DNA of 63,199 nucleotides, the filler included, from Globobulimina sp. (Eukaryota): assembly GCA_003354225.1 (NCBI GenBank). It is 19 parts of 19 records of this genome, joined end to end, with 100 filler letters (N's around TTAATTAATTAA, not from the genome) between each part and the next. Parts side by side here need not be neighbours in the genome. Positions count along the whole stretch, not along the records: positions 46,651 to 49,880 come from PIVH01003362.1; positions 49,981 to 53,210 come from PIVH01003363.1; positions 53,311 to 56,540 come from PIVH01003364.1; positions 56,641 to 59,870 come from PIVH01003365.1; 15 more parts are not named here. One strand, given 5' to 3'. Below are positions 46,652 to 57,380 of this stretch, in pieces. Both the position numbers and the translations under genes were made by a program. The notes beneath the pieces are model-generated. The model was not told where the DNA came from, made no database searches, and saw only the letters and a program-made list of their open reading frames with translations. The first letter of the stretch is position 1, and every line of letters starts with the position of its first letter.

Positions 46652-49045
46652 ATGTCGTTGAAAGCAATCGATTTTGCAGCCCAAGCATTTGATAATGACG
46701 CCACACGCCTTGTAATTCGTCAAATTATAAAAGAAACGCGACCACCGGTAACAACACAATATGCTCCATATTTACAACAAGTAATGCATGTGGCGGATAA
46801 TATCAATTTAGGGTTTAGAATGGAAAAATATGTACGGACTTTCGATGTGCCGGTCGCAAACAGCAACAACGTCAATCATAAACAAATATTTATTTATAAA
46901 GCAGAGCGTGATTTCACGCGTGATGGTATTATCAGGAATACAATCATTAGACAAGCAGTTGAAGGCACTGTTGATATTAAAAAGAATAAGAAATTATTAA
47001 AGGATTTTACAATCCATGTAAGTGAAGACAATCAGGTATTGGTCGACCAAGGCGACATTTTGGCCGCTATGGTAATCAGACAATACAGAGAGTCCATATT
47101 AGATATTTGTGTTGGACATCTATTCACTTTCTTGCTAAAACAAGACAAGCAATTCTTGGATATATTTCTTAATTTAATAATTGTGATTAAATCCTTTTTA
47201 TCGAAAGGTGTCAGTAACTCCGATGCACAAAAATATGATGCATACAAAACGGACATCAATACCATAATTGCCAATTTATGGAATCCTGCGATAAACAGAT
47301 GGAATGAATGGAATTCAAGCAGTCAATCCCCAGATATCATCAATACAAATCCTGAAAATATCCATCAAGAAACGTCTGGTTTATCTGAGATTCGAATTAA
47401 ATATAAAAACACAAATACCTTAAATATGAAAAACACGCAATTAAATGAATGGAATACCTTTATCACTGAATTTACCAAAAATAATCGCATAAAACAATTA
47501 TCCACAACAAAACAATCTGCACAGATACCTTCCACACCAAACACACACACTACAAATACACACACAAATTCAGGTAAATCTATACCATCAGGTGGTTTTT
47601 CTTTGGATTGGCTGACAAAGGGAAATTCCACTAATTATGATGGTGATGAATCGGAAAATAAACAAAATGATATATTATCGCGATTAAATAAGAAAAATAA
47701 GACGCGGAATGCGCGCATACAATTAGAAAACGATAAAATTAAAAATACAGATATTTCACAAGATATTTATAATAAACAACTTATAAATGGAGTTAAAATG
47801 ATGGAAAATGAATTACGCCATACATTACCTAAAGAAAATCCGAGTGCATTGGTTGCAAAGTTAGATCATTTCCATCATGGCGTTGAAACACGAGATGACA
47901 ATGAAAGCACTGCAGAATTATTTAGAAAATATAGTGGTGGCAAAGTTAATTTGGCCGACGTACAACAATCGATTATGAGTAGTTAAGTTATCTCGATATT
48001 GTTTGTACTTTGTGCATTTTTGTATAACTGTTTTGTATGCCTCGTTTTTCATTTTAAAATTTGTATGATGTGGTTTCATAAATAATTATAATTATCAGCA
48101 ATGTGGGCAGCAAATGAGATCTCCAAAGAAAAAGCAAATCTAAAAACGGAGACTGCCGGAAAACTAAATACAAAAAATAGAGCTATGGCCAAAATTTCGT
48201 GGTATAATTTTGTATCGTATGGTGGCTGCGAAGTTTGGGGTCTTTTAAGATATTTATCATGTTCAAATCACATTGATTGGTCGTTAAATCATTTCAGTAT
48301 TGATTCATGTATAAAAGAATACATTATTAAAGATTCAGCACTTACGGACTTATTAAGTTTAATCAGCAATGCATTGAATGATTTAGCCGATAGTCACAGG
48401 AAAATAAATGGTGATGGCAGTGAAATTATGACATCATTATTATTGTCTAAACAGGCACTGCAATGGCAGAAATTCACAACGTGGGTTAAAAAAGAATTAA
48501 AGCCGTGGATTGGTGGAAAGAAAGGCATCATCGCATTAAATCACATATTATCACAACGTAAATTGATTTGTGAGACGAGAGGAAAGAAATATGTCAAAGC
48601 CTTGGATGATGAAACTTATTTATTGTCATGGAAATTAAAATTGATTGGTGGAGGATATGAGAAAAATGCAGAAACGCGTGCATTTGAAGTGGTATTAAAC
48701 AAGGTTCGAAGCGATGCAATCTCAATTAAAATAGATAAAAAAGACAAAGATATTGATTTCAAACAAGAAAAGACGCACAGACCGTGGCGTGGCGGTGGTT
48801 ACAAAGGTAGAGGACGAGGTGGTGGTCGTTATAGAGATCGTAGACAAAGAGATCGTTATTATGAACGTAGACGTGATTATCGACAAAGAGATGGTTATTA
48901 TGACAGAAATCAACATGATTCATATGATGATAAACGGGAAAAAGCAAAAAGTCCGATCAGAAGAAGACAAAGATCGCCATCAAAAAGACACCGTGATGAT
49001 AGAGATAATATCAAATCAGAACCACCAATCAAAAAACATTGGTGA
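46652..49045 (+). CDS. Gag-like ORF1 with RGG/RD/RS-rich tail; probable intron 47982-48098
   Basis: A phase-1 intron GTTAAG...ATCAG joins the 444-aa and 314-aa ORFs in frame. Tail RGGGYKGRGRGGGRYRDRR. Confidence 0.55.
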
Positions 49046-49757
49046 AATATTTCATCCTGAAAATAAAAAGCGACATAACTACGGATTGAGATGCAAAGAC
49101 ATTATAATTTTTCATCGTATTTCTAAAAACAATCAAATTCTTATCATTGAGGACAATAAATGTATGGATCCGCGCTCATTACATGGAGTTCAATTAACAT
49201 TTCAAAACAGTAAAATGCGTAATACCGGGGAGACTGCATATGTTGCAATTGGGAGAACCAATAATGTCATTGATCCAGTATTATTATTATTTAATTTGTA
49301 TCATATAATGCATGCTTTACATAAACAATTAGGTATATTCAAATTACGTGCGAATGATCATTTTTTTCAATATTGTGATGGTACTCCAATGACCACAGTG
49401 AATTTCAGAGATAAATTTGGAGCATTAGTACACTTGTGTGGTTTCAATGAAACTCCACGTTTAGCAAAACCTCATTCGTTAAGGAAAGGTTTTGCGAGTC
49501 AGTTCTCAAGACTTGGAGTTGAAAGTGGCTTAATTGCGTTTATAGGTCGTTGGAAATTGCCGGAAGCTATGTTTGTATATTTAACGTATTCTGTCGGGGA
49601 AATGATTGATTTGAGTAAAAAATATTTTGAAGGTATTGATAATAAAAATATTAAAGTTACGGATTTTGACAAAATAGAAATGAATTATTTTGTTGATAAA
49701 TATCATAAAAAAGGCAAATTAGATTTAGAAGATGAATTCAAGGATTTGAATATTTAG
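48753..49757 (+). CDS. Tyrosine recombinase catalytic domain (homology starts at about 49038)
   Basis: IGEI..LRCKD, NSK, DPV, FQYCDGTPMT, HSLRKG, IAFIGRW, AMFVY (catalytic Tyr). Confidence 0.85.
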   Translation: MISNKKRRTDRGVAVVTKVEDEVVVVIEIVDKEIVIMNVDVIIDKEMVIMTEINMIHMMINGKKQKVRSEEDKDRHQKDTVMIEIISNQNHQSKNIGEIFHPENKKRHNYGLRCKDIIIFHRISKNNQILIIEDNKCMDPRSLHGVQLTFQNSKMRNTGETAYVAIGRTNNVIDPVLLLFNLYHIMHALHKQLGIFKLRANDHFFQYCDGTPMTTVNFRDKFGALVHLCGFNETPRLAKPHSLRKGFASQFSRLGVESGLIAFIGRWKLPEAMFVYLTYSVGEMIDLSKKYFEGIDNKNIKVTDFDKIEMNYFVDKYHKKGKLDLEDEFKDLNI

Positions 49758-49980
49758 TTCTGCGGTCGGGATGTTATGTATTATTTGTATACATTGTAGA
49801 TGTTGTATGTAATAAAAATTATAAAGTTAAATTTAAATAAGTATAGTTTTTCCCATCCGTTGAATTTCTTATTCTATTCTNNNNNNNNNNNNNNNNNNNN
49901 NNNNNNNNNNNNNNNNNNNNNNNNTTAATTAATTAANNNNNNNNNNNNNNNNNNNNNNNNNNNNNNNNNNNNNNNNNNNN

Positions 49981-50848
49981 GAATAAAGGCAAAATTATCA
50001 TAAACGGGAACGGTAGCATAATAATAACACAAACACATTCTGTTTCGACATCGATGGAAAAAACTCAGATCGGAACACCCGTTGCATTGATGTATATTCT
50101 TACAATTTTCACAACATTTACCGCCACGTATCTTTTGATCCCGGCCACGTAACTTTTGATTCCTTTTCACTTCGAATATATTTATTTTTTCTAAATCGCC
50201 TTCTTTTAGATATAATAAGTCTTTATCACAAAAACAACATTGAGTTAAATGTTCAGCAATAATTTTACATTGAGTAGCAAGTTCAGCAATAATTTTACAT
50301 ATTTCTGATGGAAATTTCGTGTTTTTTGATACAACATTAGCAATATTTACATATTGGACCTGATCATCGTAATTTTGAAATACAAATGATGAATCTTTAG
50401 ATAAATCCAAAGAACAACCCCAACGCCGAAATGAATCTTCAGTCCACACTTCCTTTTTTTTTGGTGCTTTCCTTTTTTTTGGAACACCATTACCAAAAGG
50501 CCTAGGTATTATACGACAAAAAGGGCCTGGTTCTTCATCATTTGATGATGAATCAGATGATGAATCAGAATCTAAAGATAAATCATAACCGGAAAACAAT
50601 TGCCCATATATGCGATATAGCACAGTATGTGGTAATGGTAATATATCCTTAATCTCATCAATATCATCATTTCTTTCTGATTTATGTTCCGTCGTTTGGT
50701 GACTTTGGTCATTATCAACAACAATCAATGACTGATTTTCTTTCTCTTCATTATTTGTATCTGTTTTTATTAATTTATTGACTTCAAATTGTTTAAATGA
50801 ATCAAAACTACTCTCTTGTTTAACAATGTTATGGTAATAATTTTTCAT
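49981..50848 (-). CDS. Hypothetical protein with Cys-rich C-terminal region, 3'-truncated
   Basis: Long ORF; FPSEICKIIAEL followed by CCFC, CCENC, CNGC. Confidence 0.6.
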
Positions 50849-51311
50849 TAAATTACTTCTATGTTTCGTTTGATAATGAATGTCATTTTCATGTACTTCT
50901 TTGAAATTTTAATTTTAATGTAAATATTATTTCATGTTGATCATTTAACGAATGTTTTAATACTGTAATAATGTCTTTTTTTGTATATTTTTTAGATCGA
51001 GAGCGCTTCATTTAAGTGTGGTTTAATTGTTGAAACAAACTATTTAAAACTAAACTAAACTAAACAATATATTCCAAAAAATAGCCACCCTCCCCCCCGT
51101 GTATACTGATTTTGGTTCAATTATGAATTTGCAAACCCAAGACAAAGTTATAACAAACACAGAACAAACACAAAAACCTATAGAAAACAGTTTCTGGATT
51201 TGCAAAGCATTTCACAGAACTATTTAGCAACTATTTCGGCAAGTATTTAGGAAAATGTGCTGTAGTTGGTTGATTAAAACTTAGTTCAGTGAACATTTTT
51301 TATCAGTAATA

Positions 51312-53210
51312 ATGTCGTTTGATCATTTAAACCTCGGCAAAGATGATAAAGTACGTTCAATCATACAAAAACATTCAGACGAAATCTTCGACGAAATAAT
51401 CCTATATTCCAACCGCGTAACCAAAGTGAATCGCAAGTCCAAGTCGCAACAACGCATCTTGCTCATCACCAACAAGGCAGTGTATAACTTCACGCCCGGC
51501 GCAGCCAAATCGCGTTCATTCTCAATCAAAACCCTGTTCGACTCGCCCTCACCATCACACACTCAAACACCACACCAGGAACTACTAAACATGAGCAAAA
51601 AAGGCAGCAGCCGCAACCTCAAAACCTCATTAGCCTCGCCAGTGCCCGTCGGACAAATGAAACGACGCATTGCCTTAAAACAAATCCATACCATCTCGCT
51701 CTCGACCACTGTAAACCAGATTGTATTGCATGTCCCCAACGAATATGACTATTTATACCGCGTCGCCAACAAAAAAGACATCGAGCAAATCGTGCGTGTC
51801 ACACAGGAATCGTCCACCAAACTGAACCATACTATGCCAGTATGGCAATTTAAATTGAATGATCTGTCCATAATCTCTGAGAACAACAAAGCGCGCACTA
51901 AAAAAAACGAGACGCAGTCGCAATATATGCAGCGCAAATTACAGCTGTGGCAAAAGAAATATTCACTCAAAAAATACACTGTCAAGAAACGCACCGCCTC
52001 CGCTGCGGTCAAACCATCGCATATTAGGACCGCGACCTCGCCGCACGTACAAGTACAGCGCGCCTCGTATGCCTTTGGTGGTGGCACCGGTGGCCGCCAG
52101 GGCTCATATTTTAATCACTATCCCTCCAATTCAGTAACACCGACCATTACCGGCAACCCTATCAATCCAAACCCGCAGCCAATTGCAAATCCAGCGCCAA
52201 ATAAGCATTCCTATTTCACGCCGCCTCCAAACAATAACAATCTGCAAAACCAGCAGTTCCCTCCGCTGGTACCACTCAATCAGCACAATGTCATGAATCA
52301 GAATGCAAACCAAAACCAGTCGAATCAGTCCAATCTGCCCTCTTTTCGACATGTTCATAGCGACCCTCCTGTTCATATGCATAGTGCCTATGGTATGGCA
52401 CAAGCACAGCACGCGAGGAATTTGACAGGTAATTTTCTTCAGAATCTGACGCTGCATTCAATTTTCTGCATTTTAAGCCAACATTTTTGTTTTTTGTACA
52501 TAGGGAATATGCATTACCCACCACCGAATTATGTCGGTTCTGGCGGGCCACAGCCACAATGCAAAGGGACTAAAAAGCAGAGGAAGAGACGGAGGAAAGT
52601 CAGTGAATCTCGCTCGAGTTCAGGTTCGTGTTCGAGTTCGCGATCACGATCACGGTCTTCCTCATCCTCGTCGTCCTCATCGCGGTCTTCATCGTGTACA
52701 ACAAGTTCCGGTTCGGACAATGTGAGTGATACAGAGAATGGCGATGCAACTCCGACGCCCACACCACAGCAAATACGCGTACAGCCACAGTTACATCCAT
52801 TGCGACCATCCAATACGCGGTTAAGCAAAACCCCCAAGACATCGCCGGATATGCAGTCCATGCAAGCAATGCATACGAATGAGAATCTGATGAATGGTAT
52901 GAATGGAATGAATATCAATAAGTTTGGCCGTAGGAATACAACGAATCATAAGAGTCAGAGTCGACATCAGAACTCGCATAGCGCACAATTTACACGTTCC
53001 AATCTGAATAGATTCCCAATCAGCAAACAAATGCCTAACAAAGCACTGCCATCGGCGCCGAGTACGCCGCCCAATGTGAATATGAATATGAATCAGGGCA
53101 ATAATATGCGGCGTGATTGGAATTGGAAAAGAAATGCAAATATGAACAATGGTGTGGGGGTTAACGATAATAATTGGAATAGAAATGTGAATAACAATAT
53201 GAATATTAAT
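51312..53210 (+). CDS. Stand-alone myosin-I TH1/PH-like domain protein with disordered tail, 3'-truncated; in-frame intron 52429-52503
   Basis: YSNRVTKVNRKSKSQQRILLITNKAVYNF...KRRIAL..I..ISLS..VLHVPNEYDY. Confidence 0.8.
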
Positions 53211-53623
53211 NNNNNNNNNNNNNNNNNNNNNNNNNNNNNNNNNNNNNNNNNNNNTTAATTAATTAANNNNNNNNNNNNNNNNNNNNNNNNNNNNNNNNNN
53301 NNNNNNNNNNATTAGTTGTTATATTGTCTTTTGATGGTTTGGCTGTATTGTCGTTTGTTTGTTGTTGATGGTAATTCCCCATCACAAATTAATTCGTGGT
53401 CGAACGAAATCAGTTCACATAAAAACCGAAGGTAATGTGGTAAAAATGTGAAGTTAGGACTTTAAAAACAATTCTTATTATCCAAAGAGTACTGAAACAA
53501 TCTGAAATCGTAAATAAACGATATGTGAACCATACTTGTTTTAACCAGTAACCAGTAACCTGCCTCCTGATATTCTTTGTTTTTGAATTGCTGCTGGGTT
53601 CCAATATTCTGTACGTATCATCA

Positions 53624-53650
53624 TTCTGTGAAAACCTTTCAAGTAAAGTA
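53624..53650. repeat. Dispersed motif A, copy 3
   Basis: TTCTGTGAAAACCTTTCAAGTAAAGTA, exact 27-bp match. Confidence 0.9.
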
Positions 53651-53741
53651 CTATTTTTCGATATGCCTCCACTGAATACCATAATTTTAAATAAAAAATG
53701 TTTCAAACGAGTCTGTTCTAAAGAAATATGTCAATGCAATG

Positions 53742-54636
53742 TCATTTAACGAATGCTAAAGTGAGTCCATCCCCAATTGCGATCAAACACATTTCCACCC
53801 TTTGATCATTACGTAGATATTGATTAAATTCTTTCATATATTTAATATTCTTTATTCTTCTCTCACTCAAACCATTCGCTTCTAACTCCATATCATTTTT
53901 TACCACATTGCCATCCTGCAACACATTGTCAAATGCCATCACACCGCCTTTTCTCATTAACAATAACAGCTTGTCATAATAATCCATATATTCTGTTTTG
54001 ATCGCATCAATATACGCAAAATCAAAACTGCCTTTTTCCTTTTCATCACAAATAAGTTTATTCAACGCATCAATGCCACCATTTAATTTTAATTCAATTT
54101 TGTGAGCAACACCAGCTTTTTTCCATATGTCTCGTGCGATTGACGTATATTCCTTATTTACATCGATTGCAAGCAATCTTCCATTCTCATGCATTCCTTT
54201 TGCAATGCACAGTGCCGAACTTCCCGTATAAACTCCAATTTCAATGGCTTTGCTACAATTTAATACAGACGTTAACCATTTAAATAAATAACATTGGTCT
54301 TTCGATGTCATCATTCCTGCATTTTGGGGGAATTTGTCGTATGTAATATCGTGAATATCTTGTACTATGCATTTGTGCAGTGGCATTTTTATCATTTTCA
54401 TGCTTTATTGTAATGGATGAAGACATACATTGTGGTATGACTCTGTTGCCCGACGTCATTATATAATCGCACAATGCTTGGTTTATTTTGTGGACTTTTC
54501 CTAGCCGGAATTGTTTTGATTTGTTTTTTTTTTGTGCCGGAATTGCAAAATATCCAATCAACATTCCAATGCCAACCGATACACCACAATACAAAGCTAC
54601 TTCCATCGAATTTGAACCTTTGTTTTGTGAACTCAT
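53742..54636 (-). CDS. Membrane-anchored catechol/caffeoyl-CoA-type O-methyltransferase (COMTD1-like); intron 54428-54365
   Basis: N-terminal TM; IEIGVYTGSSAL, FDFAYIDA, GGVMAFDNVL, IGDGLTL. The phase-1 intron joins the ORFs. Confidence 0.9.
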
Positions 54637-54677
54637 CGTTTAATAAAGATTTTCGAGAACTTAAGTACTTAATAATA

Positions 54678-56416
54678 ATGATTCAATCATCTATGCGCTA
54701 TGGCAACAGTACTAGAACACGCACCAATTCCACACCAATCCACCAGCAATCACTCACCAACAAAAAAAGAGCATGTCCTATAAAATTATCAACTACAATT
54801 ATTGGCACTGTATTGCTCGCTTTGGTTGCATTTTCATTCTATTTATCAACGCAAATTCTGCCCTCAAATCAACAATACATCTCAAACAACGCCAACACAT
54901 CAACTCTCAAAAAAGCAGCATTATCCAACGTCATTGCAAACAATCAAAAAATGCACACCTCAGATGAAATAGAAACGGCATTGCGAAAGTCATTGAATAT
55001 GTACATAAAGCGGCCGGGCCACGACGACAGAGTCGAATATCTGATTGGATTCAGAGGCCAACGCATAAGCAAACCTTCACAGTATCAAACCCTTCGACCT
55101 CGCAACACAAAACAGTTAAAAAAACTTCTTTGCGCAATCTCTAACATCGGAAATATAAAACATTGCACCCAGACACGACAGAGATTATAGAGCTGCGCCC
55201 ATAACAATACCTGGCTGGAAGCACCAACCCGACACAGAGCCCAAATGCGACGCTTTGTGCGCAAAATGCCGTTCTCATTCTCTGTGTGATATTGCAGGCA
55301 TTAAATATTCAATGGAAAACGTAGCTGTTCCTGAAAGTGACAACCGTATCACTGGGAGTACCAAATTAGATTCTCTCGTCCCAGTACCATATTTCTCATG
55401 GCATGACTTCCAATTTATGTCGGCGGTGCAGCCCAAGACCGCGGATGGTTTGGCTGCAGCATTTATCTCAAATTGCGGCTTTCGAAAACGAAATAACATC
55501 GTCCGAGAGTTGCAGGAATATGGTGTTGCCGTGGACTCATTTGGTCGATGCGAACATAACAAGGATGAGCCTAAGAATGTGGATGGGAATCGAGGCTCGA
55601 AAATAGATATCCTGCAGTCGTACAAATTTTCATTGGCATTCGAGAACAGTGAGACCGACGATTATGTGACGGAGAAGTTCTTTGGTTCGCTGCAAAGTGG
55701 TTCTGTGCCGGTGTATATCGGCGCGAGTAATGTGAAATTCTTTGCGCCCGATTTTGGCGAATATGGAAATGGAGCGGGCAAACCGTGGCAGTCAAAAGCT
55801 GTTATTTGGGCTGGAGATTTTGGTTTCGATGCACAGGAATTGGCCAACTATCTACTGTATGTTTCATGTTTTTGTTGAGAGCACTGCAAAGCATTGCGAT
55901 TGACGGAAGAATAGATATTTAGATTCGAATGATAGCGCATATTGCGAGTATTTGAGATATAAAACGGAAGGCTATTCTGGCGATTTTAAAGCAATGATTG
56001 AGTTGACAGCAGGGACACATACGAATTGTAGACAGTGCATATTGGCAACGGATTGGCTGAGATATAGGAACGGTGTTGGAACCTATGATGGAGTGATAAA
56101 TGTGTTTGAGCCATCTGCGATGAATGGAAGTGATGTGATTGCTGCGAAATGGTTTTATGTTCGAGAACGAGGGATGTATAGATTTACATTGTTGAAGCTT
56201 GCTGGAAATACATTGGAATCATTTGTGCGGAGTGTTTTGATATCTGTTAAACCGAAAACTGTCAATTTATGGATAAATAATGAGCACCCACAGTATGCTA
56301 GAATTGGACCTGCATTGTATGCCATATATCATATACCAAGCAAACATGTGATACATTCCGATGTTGCTATTCAAAATTTACCACAATATGCTGAGCTTGA
56401 AGTCATTTTCGTATGA
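54678..56416 (+). CDS. GT10 core alpha-1,3-fucosyltransferase; introns 55082-55172 and 55857-55914
   Basis: Type II TM; AAFISNC, YKFSLAFENSETDDYVTEKFFGSL..GSVPV; C-terminal YVRERG and LEVIFV as in plant core FucTs. Both phase-2 introns restore the frame. Confidence 0.92.
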
Positions 56417-56640
56417 CTCATATTCAAGTTTCAACACTTGCATCAGTTGCATGCATATGCCTTTATTTATCGTTTCACGTTTTTTTCAACTAAACTTAAA
56501 ATCATGTCAAGTCCGAACTAATCTTCGTACGCGTCTAATANNNNNNNNNNNNNNNNNNNNNNNNNNNNNNNNNNNNNNNNNNNNTTAATTAATTAANNNN
56601 NNNNNNNNNNNNNNNNNNNNNNNNNNNNNNNNNNNNNNNN

Positions 56641-57270
56641 GGTAGTGGTCGCTGGGTGGATGGTATAATAATTTGTATTTATGAAAGCAAAGTATTAGTT
56701 CGATATTTTTATGAAAATGGATTGTATGAAGAATGGATTGATTGTGATATAGAAAAAGAAAAAGAAAAAGAAGAGAAAAGAAGGATAACCATTCAGCCCT
56801 TGATTCGGTTACGAAGAGCATTGTCGTTTTCACCTCACTTAAATGTAATTATTTGTAAGTTGAATATAAATGCATTGAAGGAATGGCGATTAAATTTGCA
56901 TGAATCGAGTGTTTGTTTTGCCAGCGATGAAAATGGTGAATGGGCCAAAGCAATCATTAAACACCGATTTGGATGTTTTGTATTTGTTCATTGGGTTCAT
57001 TTTGATGACAAATATGACCAATATTTATCCATTCATTCACAACGCATACAACCACTGAATGCAAGCCATCTTTGCAATCGATTTCGAACCCAATTAAAAT
57101 TTGAAAATGTTTTAAGAATTAAACCACATAAAATCTTGACAAATAATATACAAAACAAGAAAGAAAATTCAAATGAAGATTTTGAAGTTATTGATAAAAG
57201 TAAAAAGATTACTGCTACATCAAATATATTTGGATCTCTTGTTTTACATCTAAAGCCATCTAAAGCCTGA
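56641..57270 (+). CDS. MBT/Tudor-knot-like domain protein, 5'-truncated
   Basis: WAKAII..VFVHWVHFDDKYDQYL..SQRIQPL, with a similar upstream VLVRYFYENGLYEEWI. Confidence 0.6.
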   Translation, partial: GSGRWVDGIIICIYESKVLVRYFYENGLYEEWIDCDIEKEKEKEEKRRITIQPLIRLRRALSFSPHLNVIICKLNINALKEWRLNLHESSVCFASDENGEWAKAIIKHRFGCFVFVHWVHFDDKYDQYLSIHSQRIQPLNASHLCNRFRTQLKFENVLRIKPHKILTNNIQNKKENSNEDFEVIDKSKKITATSNIFGSLVLHLKPSKA

Positions 57271-57380
57271 CATTTTACACTCATTGCTTTATATTGTTAA
57301 TACCAATTGCAACAAACTAAAGTTACTAATTTACGGTGAAGAAAGTTTTCAAGATTCAGAGTAAACTCAGTATTAAAAGT

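Larger units (their letters stand above)
46651..49880 (+). mobile_element. Tyrosine-recombinase mobile element (DIRS/Ngaro/Crypton-like) with no RT in the contig
   Basis: A large gag-like ORF overlaps a DIRS-type YR ORF. The termini are not captured. Confidence 0.75.

Noticed and set aside
48753-49757. Phage integrase or bacterial contamination
   Set aside because: The motif style (DG.P.T, HSLR.G, GRW) is DIRS-like, the neighbouring ORF has a spliceosomal-type intron, and there are no phage genes.
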